Assembly: GCA_036823195.1 (NCBI GenBank)
Contig: DAISGI010000016.1
Coordinates: 1-46,547, forward strand
DNA: 46,547 nt
Direction of reading: 5' to 3'
DNA from: Bacillota bacterium
GTDB taxonomy: Bacteria; Bacillota; Clostridia; Caldicoprobacterales; DTU083
The position numbers were made by a program, and so were the translations under genes. This document shows, piece after piece, positions 1 through 8,730 of the stretch (position 1 is the stretch's first letter; every line of letters starts with the position of its first letter). A model generated the notes under the pieces. The model saw only the letters and a list, made by a program, of their open reading frames with translations. It did no database searches and had not been told where the DNA came from.

Positions 1-72
1 AGCTGTAGCCCTTCAAATCACCTCCAAATGGGTATAATAAAAGCACCTACCATTTATATTTAGTAAGTGCTT

Positions 73-279
73 TTATTCTAATATCTCAATTTTTTCTATC
101 TCGCTTTGATTAATCTCATATAAGACGCCATCTTCCTTTACTGTAATATTATGTTCCTCTTCTTCATCTTCTGGCCATAAATATTCCGTACAATACCCTT
201 CTGATACCATACCGTTTATAAGTTTTACCTTTACATTCTTATATTCTGCATTCTTCATTTCCACGACACTAATCATCAT
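73..279 (-). CDS. Hypothetical small acidic protein (68 aa).
   Basis: ORF with a strong RBS (AAAGGAGGGAA) directly upstream of the ATG. Acidic C-terminal half. No recognisable domain. Confidence 0.4.
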   Translation of the reverse strand: MMISVVEMKNAEYKNVKVKLINGMVSEGYCTEYLWPEDEEEEHNITVKEDGVLYEINQSEIEKIEILE

Positions 280-944
280 TTCCCTCCTTTATATCCCACC
301 AACCTTGTCGCTGCTAAACGATATCTCTCGACCTTAACTTATACTTGTGCATATATGCAAATATTGCCATATTGTGCTATAAAATTTTCCAAAAAAACAT
401 CTTGAAAAGGGGAGAGCATTATAGCATAACTGTCCTCCAAAGATAGATGAGTATTGTCATGAAGCAGTTGTCTCTTTATAATCATTGGCCTCCTTTGGTG
501 GTACACCTTCATTATGAACTGTGGAACCTGGATTTGCAATCTTATTCTGGAATTTACCGTAAGACTTATATCCAATGAGGTTGCTTGACTCTGGATGTTG
601 CTTTTTCTATTCACGAGGTCGAAATATGTCAAACGATTTATATTGCAACTATGAGGCAAATAAGCATACAATGAAATAGGCATCAGTGGAACTTCGTTGT
701 TTACATCAGTAAAGGTTTGGCATAGATATAGTTAGTAGAAACTAAATTAATGAAAGGGTAGTATTCAATGAAGTCTTTGAAGAAGTTGTTCGTAATTGTA
801 TTGACATTTGTCATCGCTGGTGTTTGTTTGTTCTAATGCCTCTATAGTAATGGCTGAAGAAAGTAATACTGAGAGTATCCTTTCTACAAGTATGGTTATG
901 GAAAGTAAATATCGTCAATGTGTTGCATGAACTTGAAAAAGGAG

Positions 945-1991
945 ATGATAAGTTTGAAATCAAAGCTTGTATGTCTTCTTCTCGCAGCAGTGTTTTTGAT
1001 TGTTTGTGCTTCGTGTGGTCAAGACAAGTCAAAATCGGGTGTATCAGCAGATGTCCGCATCAATGAAGAAGATATATTAAACGATGTGGTCAGTAAAACA
1101 GATAAAGGGTTTCAGTTTCAGAAAATCGACTGGAAGGCGGAACGGACAGAAATAAAGGAGAAGGTGCCCGAGGCATCCTATGAAGAAAAGCTGACAAGAC
1201 TTAAAACACAGGAAAAGCAGGGCAGCAAAGAGGTTACGGTTTTTTACAATTTCCAGGATGACCGATTTTGCAGCGGTGAAATTTTACTCAAATTCGACAA
1301 TAAATCCGATTATGAAGCATTCCTTACGAAAATAAAAGGACAGGCGCAAGACTTCTTTGCTACACCGCCAATGAGCAACTCCCTGGATGATCTTTTGAAT
1401 GGAAAGGAAGTTTCATGGGAAGGAAATGACAAAAGCTACGTCCGAATACGCCCTGCCGGGCAGGGAGACTATTATGAGAATACCGTTTCAATAAAAGTCG
1501 AAATGCCAAAAACCCTGTTTGGCGAAAAAGAAAAACCACCCAAAATAAGAATTACTGCAGGGAATAAGGAAATTGACTATGCTTATGAGATAAAGAAATG
1601 GCACGGAGAAAATAATGAAAAAGGGAATTCGTTTTCTTCAATTATGAAGAATGACTCAGAATTTGAAATTTTAAATATTAAACTCGGAACAGTCATAAAG
1701 ATTAGATTTTCTAGAGCCATACCTGATACATATGAATTGAAAGATTATATATTAAATGAGAAAGGAGATGTTAAATTTTCTGAGCAAACTGTACAGACAA
1801 TACCGATGAATTTAAACAGCAAAACTGGTTCATTTGTCCTTAAAGAGAACTGGGCTGCTTCATTAAGTTCTGATAGCGATGACTACAAGCCTGGTGCAGT
1901 ACTCCGTGGATTTAAGCTTACTTGTGAATGGAACGAGAACAAGTACATATATATGTTTATGGTTAAAACAGATGCGATGCCTGTATCTTAA
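945..1991 (+). CDS. Putative lipoprotein, unknown function. Sits in an AT-rich islet.
   Basis: N-terminus M(I)SLKSKLVCLLLAAVFLIVCASCGQDKS is a signal peptide with a lipobox-like Cys. The AAGGAG RBS is directly adjacent to the ATG (zero spacing), so the alternative TTG at 954 is equally plausible. Charged, Lys-rich mature part. GC is far below the window average. Confidence 0.55.
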   Translation: MISLKSKLVCLLLAAVFLIVCASCGQDKSKSGVSADVRINEEDILNDVVSKTDKGFQFQKIDWKAERTEIKEKVPEASYEEKLTRLKTQEKQGSKEVTVFYNFQDDRFCSGEILLKFDNKSDYEAFLTKIKGQAQDFFATPPMSNSLDDLLNGKEVSWEGNDKSYVRIRPAGQGDYYENTVSIKVEMPKTLFGEKEKPPKIRITAGNKEIDYAYEIKKWHGENNEKGNSFSSIMKNDSEFEILNIKLGTVIKIRFSRAIPDTYELKDYILNEKGDVKFSEQTVQTIPMNLNSKTGSFVLKENWAASLSSDSDDYKPGAVLRGFKLTCEWNENKYIYMFMVKTDAMPVS

Positions 1992-2420
1992 TAGAGTAAA
2001 TACCGGATGAGAAGCCGTCCTTTGATCATAAAATGAGACTCTTCGCTGTTTTATGTGGGTGAAAGCCATTGAAAGCCTAAGTCTCATATATTCAGGCCAA
2101 CGCAATATTTCGCCTGTATATCTGTCAATACATTATGATAGCTGCATAATCATCATAAGTAAGCCCTCCCCCCGCCCCCTTACATTTTTGCCTGACTTCG
2201 ACAGTTGAATTTAGGATAGGAAGCTGCTTTGACAAGATGAAAGCCATATATTACCCGAAAGCCATCGGCAAATCAAACCTGAGTTTCCCATAGAATAAAT
2301 AAATGATAGTGATAAGATTCTCAGTGTTCCGGTAACCCCGGGAGAGCGGGATTAGCGCACTCGACGGTTCGTCAAAAATAAGTACTTCGTAAGAATCGTA
2401 AAAGGCGCGGGCTATGGCTG

Positions 2421-5400
2421 TCACCGCAGATGTCTCATGAGCGAGTCCCCATCAGACCGGGAGAACTGTCCGTGCTCCAGCTGCCAGTACTGGCACGGCT
2501 CTCCGTTTTCCATAATCCGATGGATCAGGTGGGGATGGCAGGTCAGGATAAATATTTGGTGTGTCCGGCTCATGCGGCACAGAATCGAAACTGCCCGTTC
2601 CAGATGCGGCGGATCAAAATTGGCAAAGGAATCATCCAGGATGATGGGCATCGCCGGCTTGATTTCCATAATCCTGCCCAGCCGCACAGCCAGAAATACC
2701 TGTTCCCTGGTCCCGCGGCTCAGGACATCAGTACTGCTCTCAACAGATCCATCCGCCAGGGAAAAGGAAAAATCCGGATTCCGAAGATCCTCATTGGGAA
2801 GGATCCGGTGATATTCTCCGGAGGTGAGTTCTGCCAACAGGCTGTCCGCATTTTTCAGCAGCTCCTCCCTCATATTCCCCATGAACCGGTTTCGGATATC
2901 CTGACATAGCCAGGCTGCCGCTTTCCATACGGCATACTGCCGGGCAACCGGGTACAGCCCGGCCCGTCCCTGCTGAATCCGGTTATGCGCCTGCTCCAGC
3001 TCGGATGTCAGGGCCAGCCTGTCCAGCTCGCTTTTTGTTTTCTGTATCGCTTCCCTGTTTTGTTCGATCTGCTCCTCCAGGTCCCGGACTTCCAGGGACT
3101 TCTTTTCATATACCGCATGGAGGGCTTCCCGGGAAGAATACTGTTCATAGCATGTAAAGAAGTAGCGGACCGTATCACTCCCCTGGGGATTCACCAGGGA
3201 AACTGCAGCTTTCAGGCGGTCTGCCGAAGCTGCCCGGCTCAGACTATGGTCAAGGGAATCCATCTTCCGCCTTAAGGCCAGGAGTTCCTCCCTGCCCGCA
3301 CACAGGGCCAAATAGGCTTCCACCATTTGATCCAGAGACTCCGGCGACTCCATCTCCTGCGAAAGGGCATTATGTTCCCCAGTCTCCCCAGGCTGTACCC
3401 CTTCCCCGGCAGATTCCTTTTCATCAGATCCTTTTCCATCAACTTCTTCTTCATCGGACTTATCAGACTTATCAGACTTATCGGACTTATCGGATCCCAT
3501 AATCAGCTGCCGCAGCGTTTCCTCTGTATGTCTCTTCTCTCCATACAGGTTATTCAGGGCCACGGCCTGCTTCATCCTGTCATACCACTTCTCCAGATCC
3601 GAGCGCAGCCTCTGCCAACGAATCGGATCAAACTGGAAGTCGGCAGACGTTTGCCGTCGATGGTCTTCCCCGTCCGGAAGACTTCCTCCCTCTTCGATCT
3701 CCCAGCATTTCTCACATTCCATCAAAACGGCTTCCATCTCCGTCAGAACGGCATTCAGTTTGGCAGAAAGTTCTTCCCGTTCCTCCCGATCCATGGAATA
3801 GCGGTAAACCCTTTCCTGAAGATCCGCCAATGCCCGGTAAGCGTCCAGGACACCTTCCGGCTCCATGGATTCCGGCAGCTGCAATTCCTCCCGGGCTGCA
3901 GCCAAAATCTTTCCTGCTTCATCCTGCTCCCGGCGCTGCGATTCCATTTTATCGTCCCATTCCTTCTCCTGCACCATGCAGCCGGACAGCCGGGAATCCA
4001 GTTCCTTCTGCTTCACGCCGGCCTCCTTTTGTCCCAGACTTTTGAAAAACACAAACAGGGCCGAGCCGGCAATCCCGAAGAGCCCCAGAAATAAGCCGGC
4101 AGCAGGATGAAAAGAATACACGGCAATTCCAAGAACCGCGGATGCCAAAGATGTGAGCAGATAAATCCTCCAATTGGCGGAAGGAAGAGGCTCCTGCCAT
4201 TCCGCCTTCTGCTTTTTCAGCCGTTCCGTCTCAAGACGGACTTCATCCTTCCGATATTCCATCTGCCGCAGCTGCTCCCCAACCTGCCGCCAGTGTGACA
4301 CGGCGCCAAAAAGCGTACTTTCCTCCACAACCCCCAGGGAAAAGTCCCGGATCCGGTCCAGATCCTTTTCCGTCCAGACAGGGTTGAATCGTCTCATACG
4401 AATCAGCAGTTGATCCTTTTCCCCCGAAACCTTCTCTTTCAGCTTTGCACAGCGGTCCCAACGCTCCTGCAGGCCGGACATCCCGTTATGGAAGTCTTCC
4501 AGTTGTCTTCTGTTTTTCAGCAGAAGCGTAATCAGCCGGTTCATCTCTCCCCGCCTCTTCCGGCTTGCGCAAAATCGGATGGATTGTTCCTGCCATTGCT
4601 GATCCAGTTCATGATACCGGGCATACTGCAATTGAACGGCACTCCGGTTCTTCAGGGGAAAATCTGCCGCAGCGGACTTTCCTTCCTGCTGCTCCAGGGC
4701 TGCGGCAGTTTGACTGGCCTCCTCAAAAACATCATAATTGTTTTTCAGACACTCCAGGATTTCCAGATTGGCCTGCTGCAGGTGCAGCTGATCCTGCTGC
4801 CCTTTCAGCTTCTCCTGCAGGGAGGAAAGACGTTTCTGCCCATTCCGGTACTCTTCCACCTGAGTCAGCGCCTTTTTCCTTTGTTCCATGCCTTCCCTGA
4901 TTTGCTGCATGTACGGACGGAATCCTTTGTTGGTCAGGCTGCCTGTTTTCCCTCCAATAGCCAGGGCTTCCTTCTGAAACCGGCTTTCCATCTGCGGAAT
5001 CCCGGCCAGGTCGGACAGCCCCGCCCCCAAAAGAATCGAATGAAGCCGCACCGCTTCCTGATTATTCATTCCTTCCGGTACTTTGGTCAGCTGATCCAGA
5101 CTGATGAAAAACAAATTCTGATAGGAAAACGCATCCAACGGATAAAGTTCTCTCACGGACACGGCAGATCCGTGAGAGAAATCCTTCCCTGGTGAGCGGA
5201 CGCAGACCGGCTCCGCCTGTCCGTCCAGCCGAATGTGAACCACTGCCATTTCGTCTTCCCCTTGCCGGAAATCCTCCTTCCCGGACTCCCCATCGGGTTT
5301 TCCATCCCCTGTCACATCCGCCTCCACCTGATAGCGGACATGGGGCGGAGGCAGTGCCCCGTCTTTGGAAAATCCATATCCGAGATGCTTCAGTATCTGT

Positions 5401-5522
5401 CCGAAGGTACTCTTTCCCGCCCGGTTACGGCCGCCTATGACAATCATCCCGGGGCTCAGATTCTCCAGGGTTTGATTGCGCATCAGGCCAAAGTCCCCGA
5501 TATACAGTCTTTTTAAGTGCAT
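2421..5522 (-). CDS. SMC/Rad50/SbcC-like AAA ATPase of the YhaN/SbcE type. It has a long coiled coil and an internal predicted transmembrane hairpin.
   Basis: N-terminal Walker A (GGRNRAGKST). C-terminal signature/Walker B/D-loop region (ILDDSFANFDPPHLERAVSILC...FILTCH). About 800 aa of heptad-rich, Q/E/L/K-rich sequence between them. Two hydrophobic helices (IYLLTSLASAVLGIAVYSF and GLFLGLFGIAGSALFVFF) lie mid-protein. An acidic KSD-repeat linker is present. Overlaps the upstream phosphoesterase gene by 10 nt. Confidence 0.8.
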   Translation of the reverse strand: MHLKRLYIGDFGLMRNQTLENLSPGMIVIGGRNRAGKSTFGQILKHLGYGFSKDGALPPPHVRYQVEADVTGDGKPDGESGKEDFRQGEDEMAVVHIRLDGQAEPVCVRSPGKDFSHGSAVSVRELYPLDAFSYQNLFFISLDQLTKVPEGMNNQEAVRLHSILLGAGLSDLAGIPQMESRFQKEALAIGGKTGSLTNKGFRPYMQQIREGMEQRKKALTQVEEYRNGQKRLSSLQEKLKGQQDQLHLQQANLEILECLKNNYDVFEEASQTAAALEQQEGKSAAADFPLKNRSAVQLQYARYHELDQQWQEQSIRFCASRKRRGEMNRLITLLLKNRRQLEDFHNGMSGLQERWDRCAKLKEKVSGEKDQLLIRMRRFNPVWTEKDLDRIRDFSLGVVEESTLFGAVSHWRQVGEQLRQMEYRKDEVRLETERLKKQKAEWQEPLPSANWRIYLLTSLASAVLGIAVYSFHPAAGLFLGLFGIAGSALFVFFKSLGQKEAGVKQKELDSRLSGCMVQEKEWDDKMESQRREQDEAGKILAAAREELQLPESMEPEGVLDAYRALADLQERVYRYSMDREEREELSAKLNAVLTEMEAVLMECEKCWEIEEGGSLPDGEDHRRQTSADFQFDPIRWQRLRSDLEKWYDRMKQAVALNNLYGEKRHTEETLRQLIMGSDKSDKSDKSDKSDEEEVDGKGSDEKESAGEGVQPGETGEHNALSQEMESPESLDQMVEAYLALCAGREELLALRRKMDSLDHSLSRAASADRLKAAVSLVNPQGSDTVRYFFTCYEQYSSREALHAVYEKKSLEVRDLEEQIEQNREAIQKTKSELDRLALTSELEQAHNRIQQGRAGLYPVARQYAVWKAAAWLCQDIRNRFMGNMREELLKNADSLLAELTSGEYHRILPNEDLRNPDFSFSLADGSVESSTDVLSRGTREQVFLAVRLGRIMEIKPAMPIILDDSFANFDPPHLERAVSILCRMSRTHQIFILTCHPHLIHRIMENGEPCQYWQLEHGQFSRSDGDSLMRHLR
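3446..3485. repeat. 9-bp tandem repeat (about 4.5 units of cggacttat / cagacttat) inside the SbcC-like gene. It encodes a (KSD)n/(SDK)n tract.
   Basis: Direct reading: tcggactta tcagactta tcagactta tcggactta tcgga. The protein shows SDKSDKSDKSDKSDEEE. Confidence 0.8.
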
Positions 5523-6895
5523 TCCTGTCCCTCCTCCGCCGTCAGGCTTTCAATCAGCTGCTGCCCCGCATCCTCCAGGATCGCCTGAAGGGTCTCCTCA
5601 TCCAATGACAGCTTCCGGTCATCCTGCTCTTCCGGATCCGGGGATTCTGTCCACATCTGTCCCAGCTCATGGACAAGCCTTTCTCTTGCCTCTTTCTCTG
5701 TCTTAACAGATCGAAAGGACTGTTTCAGCAAATCCCGGAGAACTTCATGCCGGTTCAGAACCTCTTCCGTTACCGGACTGCCCGTCCGGAACTCCACGGA
5801 ATCCGTCCACACAAAGGGCTCGATGCCGGACAGCCTGTCCCGCAGGGTTTCACACAGTTCCTGTCCGATTTCCTGCCGGTCGCCACCCAGAATGCGATGA
5901 AGCTTTCCCCGGCCGGTGAGAATCCAGCGGATGACATACCCCTCCGGATTGTTTCCCGCTTTATCCTCCTCTTTTCCAGTCTGGCATGAGGCAGGCGGGA
6001 ACCGATGCGAACCAGGCAGGGAGACCGGATCGTTCCGGATATTTAAGGCACAGTCCACCAGATACTCCTCCAGCTGACTCAATGTTTCCGCATCCCACAG
6101 CTTTTCCCCTCCGATATCCACAGAAACCCGCCGGTAAATCACAGGGGATGTCATCCGGTACTGCATTCCTGCGATCCCTGTCCCGTCCGCCTCCACAAGC
6201 CAGCATCCTCCCGGGCCTTCCTCCCCGAAGTCCCTGCCCTGCGGAATGCCGGACCAGGCAATGACCGGCTTGTCCTCCTTCAGAACAGAAGGCTGATGAA
6301 TATGCCCCAGGGCAAAATAATCCACAAATGGGTTCTCGGCCAATTCCCCCAGGGTACAGGGAACATACTTCCGATCCCCGGCCTCCATCTGGGTATGCAG
6401 CATGGCAATGGTAAAACAATCCTCCTCCGGCGCCGGAAACCTGCGGTGCATGGGAACCGACTCCCATTTGTTCCGGTAGGACTGCCCGACAATGGCAGCA
6501 AGGGTTTCCCCGTTCTCCCTGACATAACAGGCCTCCGGTTCCCCCGCCTGAAAAATATGCACATTGGGGGGAAGCGCAAACATCTCATGGTATTCCCGCA
6601 GAGGATCGTGATTCCCCGCAATGACGTAAACCCCGATTCCCCTGCTGTTCAGCATGCCGCAGGCATCGGCAAAAACCCGACTGGCCCGTACACTGCGGGA
6701 TTCCCGGTCATACAGATCCCCGGAAATCAAAAGGAACCGCGCATCCGAATCCACTGCAATGCGGCAGAGCCGGTGAAACGCCGTATAGGTGGCTTCCCTG
6801 CACCAGGATGCCAGAGCCGTATCCTGCGCTCCCTCCATATGAAGCATGCTGCCAAGATGGACATCGGCAGCATGAATAAATCGAAACCTGCTCAT
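5513..6895 (-). CDS. Mre11/SbcD-like calcineurin-type metallophosphoesterase (YhaO/SbcF-like DNA repair exonuclease).
   Basis: N-terminus MSRFRFIHAADVHLG (metal-binding D-x-H). Then LLISGDLYD and GNHDP phosphoesterase motifs. Start chosen at the Met preceding the conserved FIHxxDxHLG block. The ORF track extends 34 codons further upstream, which is unlikely to be translated. Confidence 0.8.
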   Translation of the reverse strand: MSRFRFIHAADVHLGSMLHMEGAQDTALASWCREATYTAFHRLCRIAVDSDARFLLISGDLYDRESRSVRASRVFADACGMLNSRGIGVYVIAGNHDPLREYHEMFALPPNVHIFQAGEPEACYVRENGETLAAIVGQSYRNKWESVPMHRRFPAPEEDCFTIAMLHTQMEAGDRKYVPCTLGELAENPFVDYFALGHIHQPSVLKEDKPVIAWSGIPQGRDFGEEGPGGCWLVEADGTGIAGMQYRMTSPVIYRRVSVDIGGEKLWDAETLSQLEEYLVDCALNIRNDPVSLPGSHRFPPASCQTGKEEDKAGNNPEGYVIRWILTGRGKLHRILGGDRQEIGQELCETLRDRLSGIEPFVWTDSVEFRTGSPVTEEVLNRHEVLRDLLKQSFRSVKTEKEARERLVHELGQMWTESPDPEEQDDRKLSLDEETLQAILEDAGQQLIESLTAEEGQECT

Positions 6896-7015
6896 TTCAA
6901 AAACCTCATTTCCCTGTTTTCCTCCCAGGCGGAACTTCCTTCCAATCGGGACCCTCAAAGGACCCATCATCAAATGCAGCATATGAAGCTGAAGCATGGA
7001 CGGAACTCCCCCGTT

Positions 7016-7681
7016 TCAGATCAGGCCGTGATCGGCAAAGCTGAAATGCCGGGCGCCTGCTACAATAATATGATCCGTGACATGGATGGATATGGCATCA
7101 CAGGCAGACTTGATCTTGCGCGTCGCGTCCAGATCCGCAGAAGAAGGCTGCAGACTGCCACCGGGATGATTATGGGCCAGAATGATACCATTGGCCTGAT
7201 GCTTCAGGGCCGTTTCCACAATCAGCCTGGGATAGACGGGGGCCGAATCAATGGTCCCCTCATGAACCAGATCCGCATAAAGAACCTCGTTCCGGGCGTT
7301 CAGACAGATCACATAAAAGGCCTCATACAACCGGCCATAGAACAGCGTCGCAGCGTAGTCCCCTGCCTTGGCGGAACTGTTCAGCAGGGGCTTTTCCTTC
7401 CATTTGTCATTCATGTATCTGCGGCACAGGGAAGGGATAAAGGACAGCAACACTGCCGTATTCGATCCGACGCCGGGAACCTTTTTTAAATCCTCCGGGT
7501 TCGCTTCCAGGACCCCGGAAAGAGAGCCATACCGATCGATCAGCTCATGCGCAAGCGGGTTGGTATCCCTCCTCGGAATCGTATAAAACAGCAGCATTTC
7601 AAGAACCTGATGCTGATTGAATCCATCAATCCCTTCCGACAGAAAACGTTTTTTCATCCGTTCCCTATGGCCTTCGTGCAT
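7016..7681 (-). CDS. radC: RadC-family JAB/MPN domain protein.
   Basis: N-terminal HhH-like region (LSEGIDGFNQHQVLEMLLFY...NPEDLKKVPGVGSNTAVLL). C-terminal JAMM-like motif (ILAHNHPGGSLQPSSADLDATRKI). Start at MHEGHRERM. Confidence 0.8.
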   Translation of the reverse strand: MHEGHRERMKKRFLSEGIDGFNQHQVLEMLLFYTIPRRDTNPLAHELIDRYGSLSGVLEANPEDLKKVPGVGSNTAVLLSFIPSLCRRYMNDKWKEKPLLNSSAKAGDYAATLFYGRLYEAFYVICLNARNEVLYADLVHEGTIDSAPVYPRLIVETALKHQANGIILAHNHPGGSLQPSSADLDATRKIKSACDAISIHVTDHIIVAGARHFSFADHGLI

Positions 7682-7796
7682 TGATCTCCGCCTCCTGCAA
7701 GTATCCCACACACTTGAATCCGCTGGAAAAAAGCCGTCACTGGTAATACATTCTACAAATAGGCTGCAATTCCTTTAAAAAGCGACATGGAACCTT

Positions 7797-7875
7797 CAAA
7801 AACAACCGGCACCGGGTTCTCACCCATACCGACGTCACGAATCGTCATTTCATTCCTGCCAATTTTAGCGATGCT
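7797..7875 (-). repeat. Copy 1 of an ~80-90-nt conserved element. Read on the minus strand it is an SD-like/ATG motif followed by a GC-rich hairpin and a U-tract, i.e. an intrinsic terminator or attenuator.
   Basis: The first 31 nt are identical to 26397..26487, and similar beyond that. The minus-strand RNA UCGGUAUGGGUGAGAACCCGGUGCCGG-UUGUUUUU folds into a 6-bp outer stem plus a 3-bp inner stem with a hexaloop. The two stem positions that differ from copy 2 are C-to-U changes that keep pairing as G-U. Confidence 0.5.
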
Positions 7876-8115
7876 CTGTCTGCTTCATTCTTTAACGGAT
7901 CATCACCCGGCTGGAAAGCAATCAGGCGGCGGTCAAAAAGCAGATCGAATCGAAGGAACAGCAAAAGAAGGACAGTACATAATTCTGCACTTATTTCATT
8001 TATATTCCTGGCTGGCAGTCATGAAGATTGCTCCTTAAGAAATCTATAAATCATCTTGATTGTATCCTGCTAATTCGTTATACTTATATCATAAGATATT
8101 CATGGAGGCGGAGCA

Positions 8116-8532
8116 ATGGATAATGAGGAACTGCTTCGTACATTGCAGGGGATGTTTGAAAAAAATGTACAGGAAGTCAAGCGGTATACGGGAGTGAAGG
8201 TAGAGGATCTGCAGCGGCAAGTAAAAGCGGTGGCTGAGGGGCATAGCCTTCTGAATGAGAAAATAGATCGCCTGGACAGAAAAGTTGACGGCCTGGACAG
8301 AAGAGTTGACGACCTGGACAAAAAAGTTGACAGCCTGGACAAAAAAGTTGACGGCCTGGACAAAAAAGTTGACGGCCTGGCAGGAAAGGTAAATAGTTTG
8401 GAGGGAAGGATGGGCAAACTGGAGACAGATATGAAGGAAGTAAAACAGGATCTGTCCACCATTAAAGGGTATGTCATTGCCGTAGACGACAAACTGAACA
8501 AGCATGATGTGATTTTGAAAAGAATCAAATAA
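8116..8532 (+). CDS. Small coiled-coil protein (138 aa) built around heptad repeats (LD[KR][KR]VD[GDS]).
   Basis: RBS GGAGG 7 nt upstream of the ATG. Six consecutive 21-bp DNA repeats encode perfect 7-aa repeats. No TM segment and no signal peptide. Confidence 0.6.
   Translation: MDNEELLRTLQGMFEKNVQEVKRYTGVKVEDLQRQVKAVAEGHSLLNEKIDRLDRKVDGLDRRVDDLDKKVDSLDKKVDGLDKKVDGLAGKVNSLEGRMGKLETDMKEVKQDLSTIKGYVIAVDDKLNKHDVILKRIK
8269..8394. repeat. 21-bp tandem repeat, 6 units (consensus ggcctggacaaaaaagttgac).
   Basis: Direct reading. The units differ at 1-3 positions. They code for LDRKVDG / LDKKVDS / LDKKVDG. Confidence 0.85.
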
Positions 8533-8730
8533 AGCCGGATGTATTATAAGATTACATAAATTGCCTTTTGTATTCTTTTGCATTTTTGGCTTTTGCAGGA
8601 CTTGCCACGACTTGCGGTTTTCTTGATAATAATCTGCTTTTCTCACATTCCAATACAACAGGTAGAAAATGGGTTGTCAGACCACCAAAAAGAAGTCCAA
8701 AATTTGTTAGTACTTGGTGTTTTTATATCT

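Noticed and set aside
1-72. AAAAGCAC...GTGCTTTT inverted repeat at the window start, as a possible terminator.
   Set aside because: The loop is 22 nt and the U-tract is interrupted. It is too weak to call, and the window edge prevents context.
339-683. 114-aa minus-strand ORF in the AT-rich region.
   Set aside because: No RBS and low-complexity sequence. It is probably non-coding or a degraded gene remnant.
3327-5195. Many 60-260-aa ORFs on the plus strand (3327..4094, 4410..5195, 4565..4900 and others) inside the Rad50-like gene.
   Set aside because: They are antisense shadow frames of a GC-rich, repeat-rich gene. They have no RBS and low-complexity or proline/arginine-rich composition.
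6296-7489. 397-aa plus-strand ORF spanning the phosphoesterase and radC genes.
   Set aside because: It crosses two well-supported minus-strand genes and has biased low-complexity composition. It is an antisense artefact.
7787-8038. 83-aa plus-strand ORF covering copy 1 of the repeated element.
   Set aside because: It has no RBS. It overlaps a region whose conservation is at RNA-structure level, with pair-preserving stem changes and a frame-breaking indel relative to copy 2.
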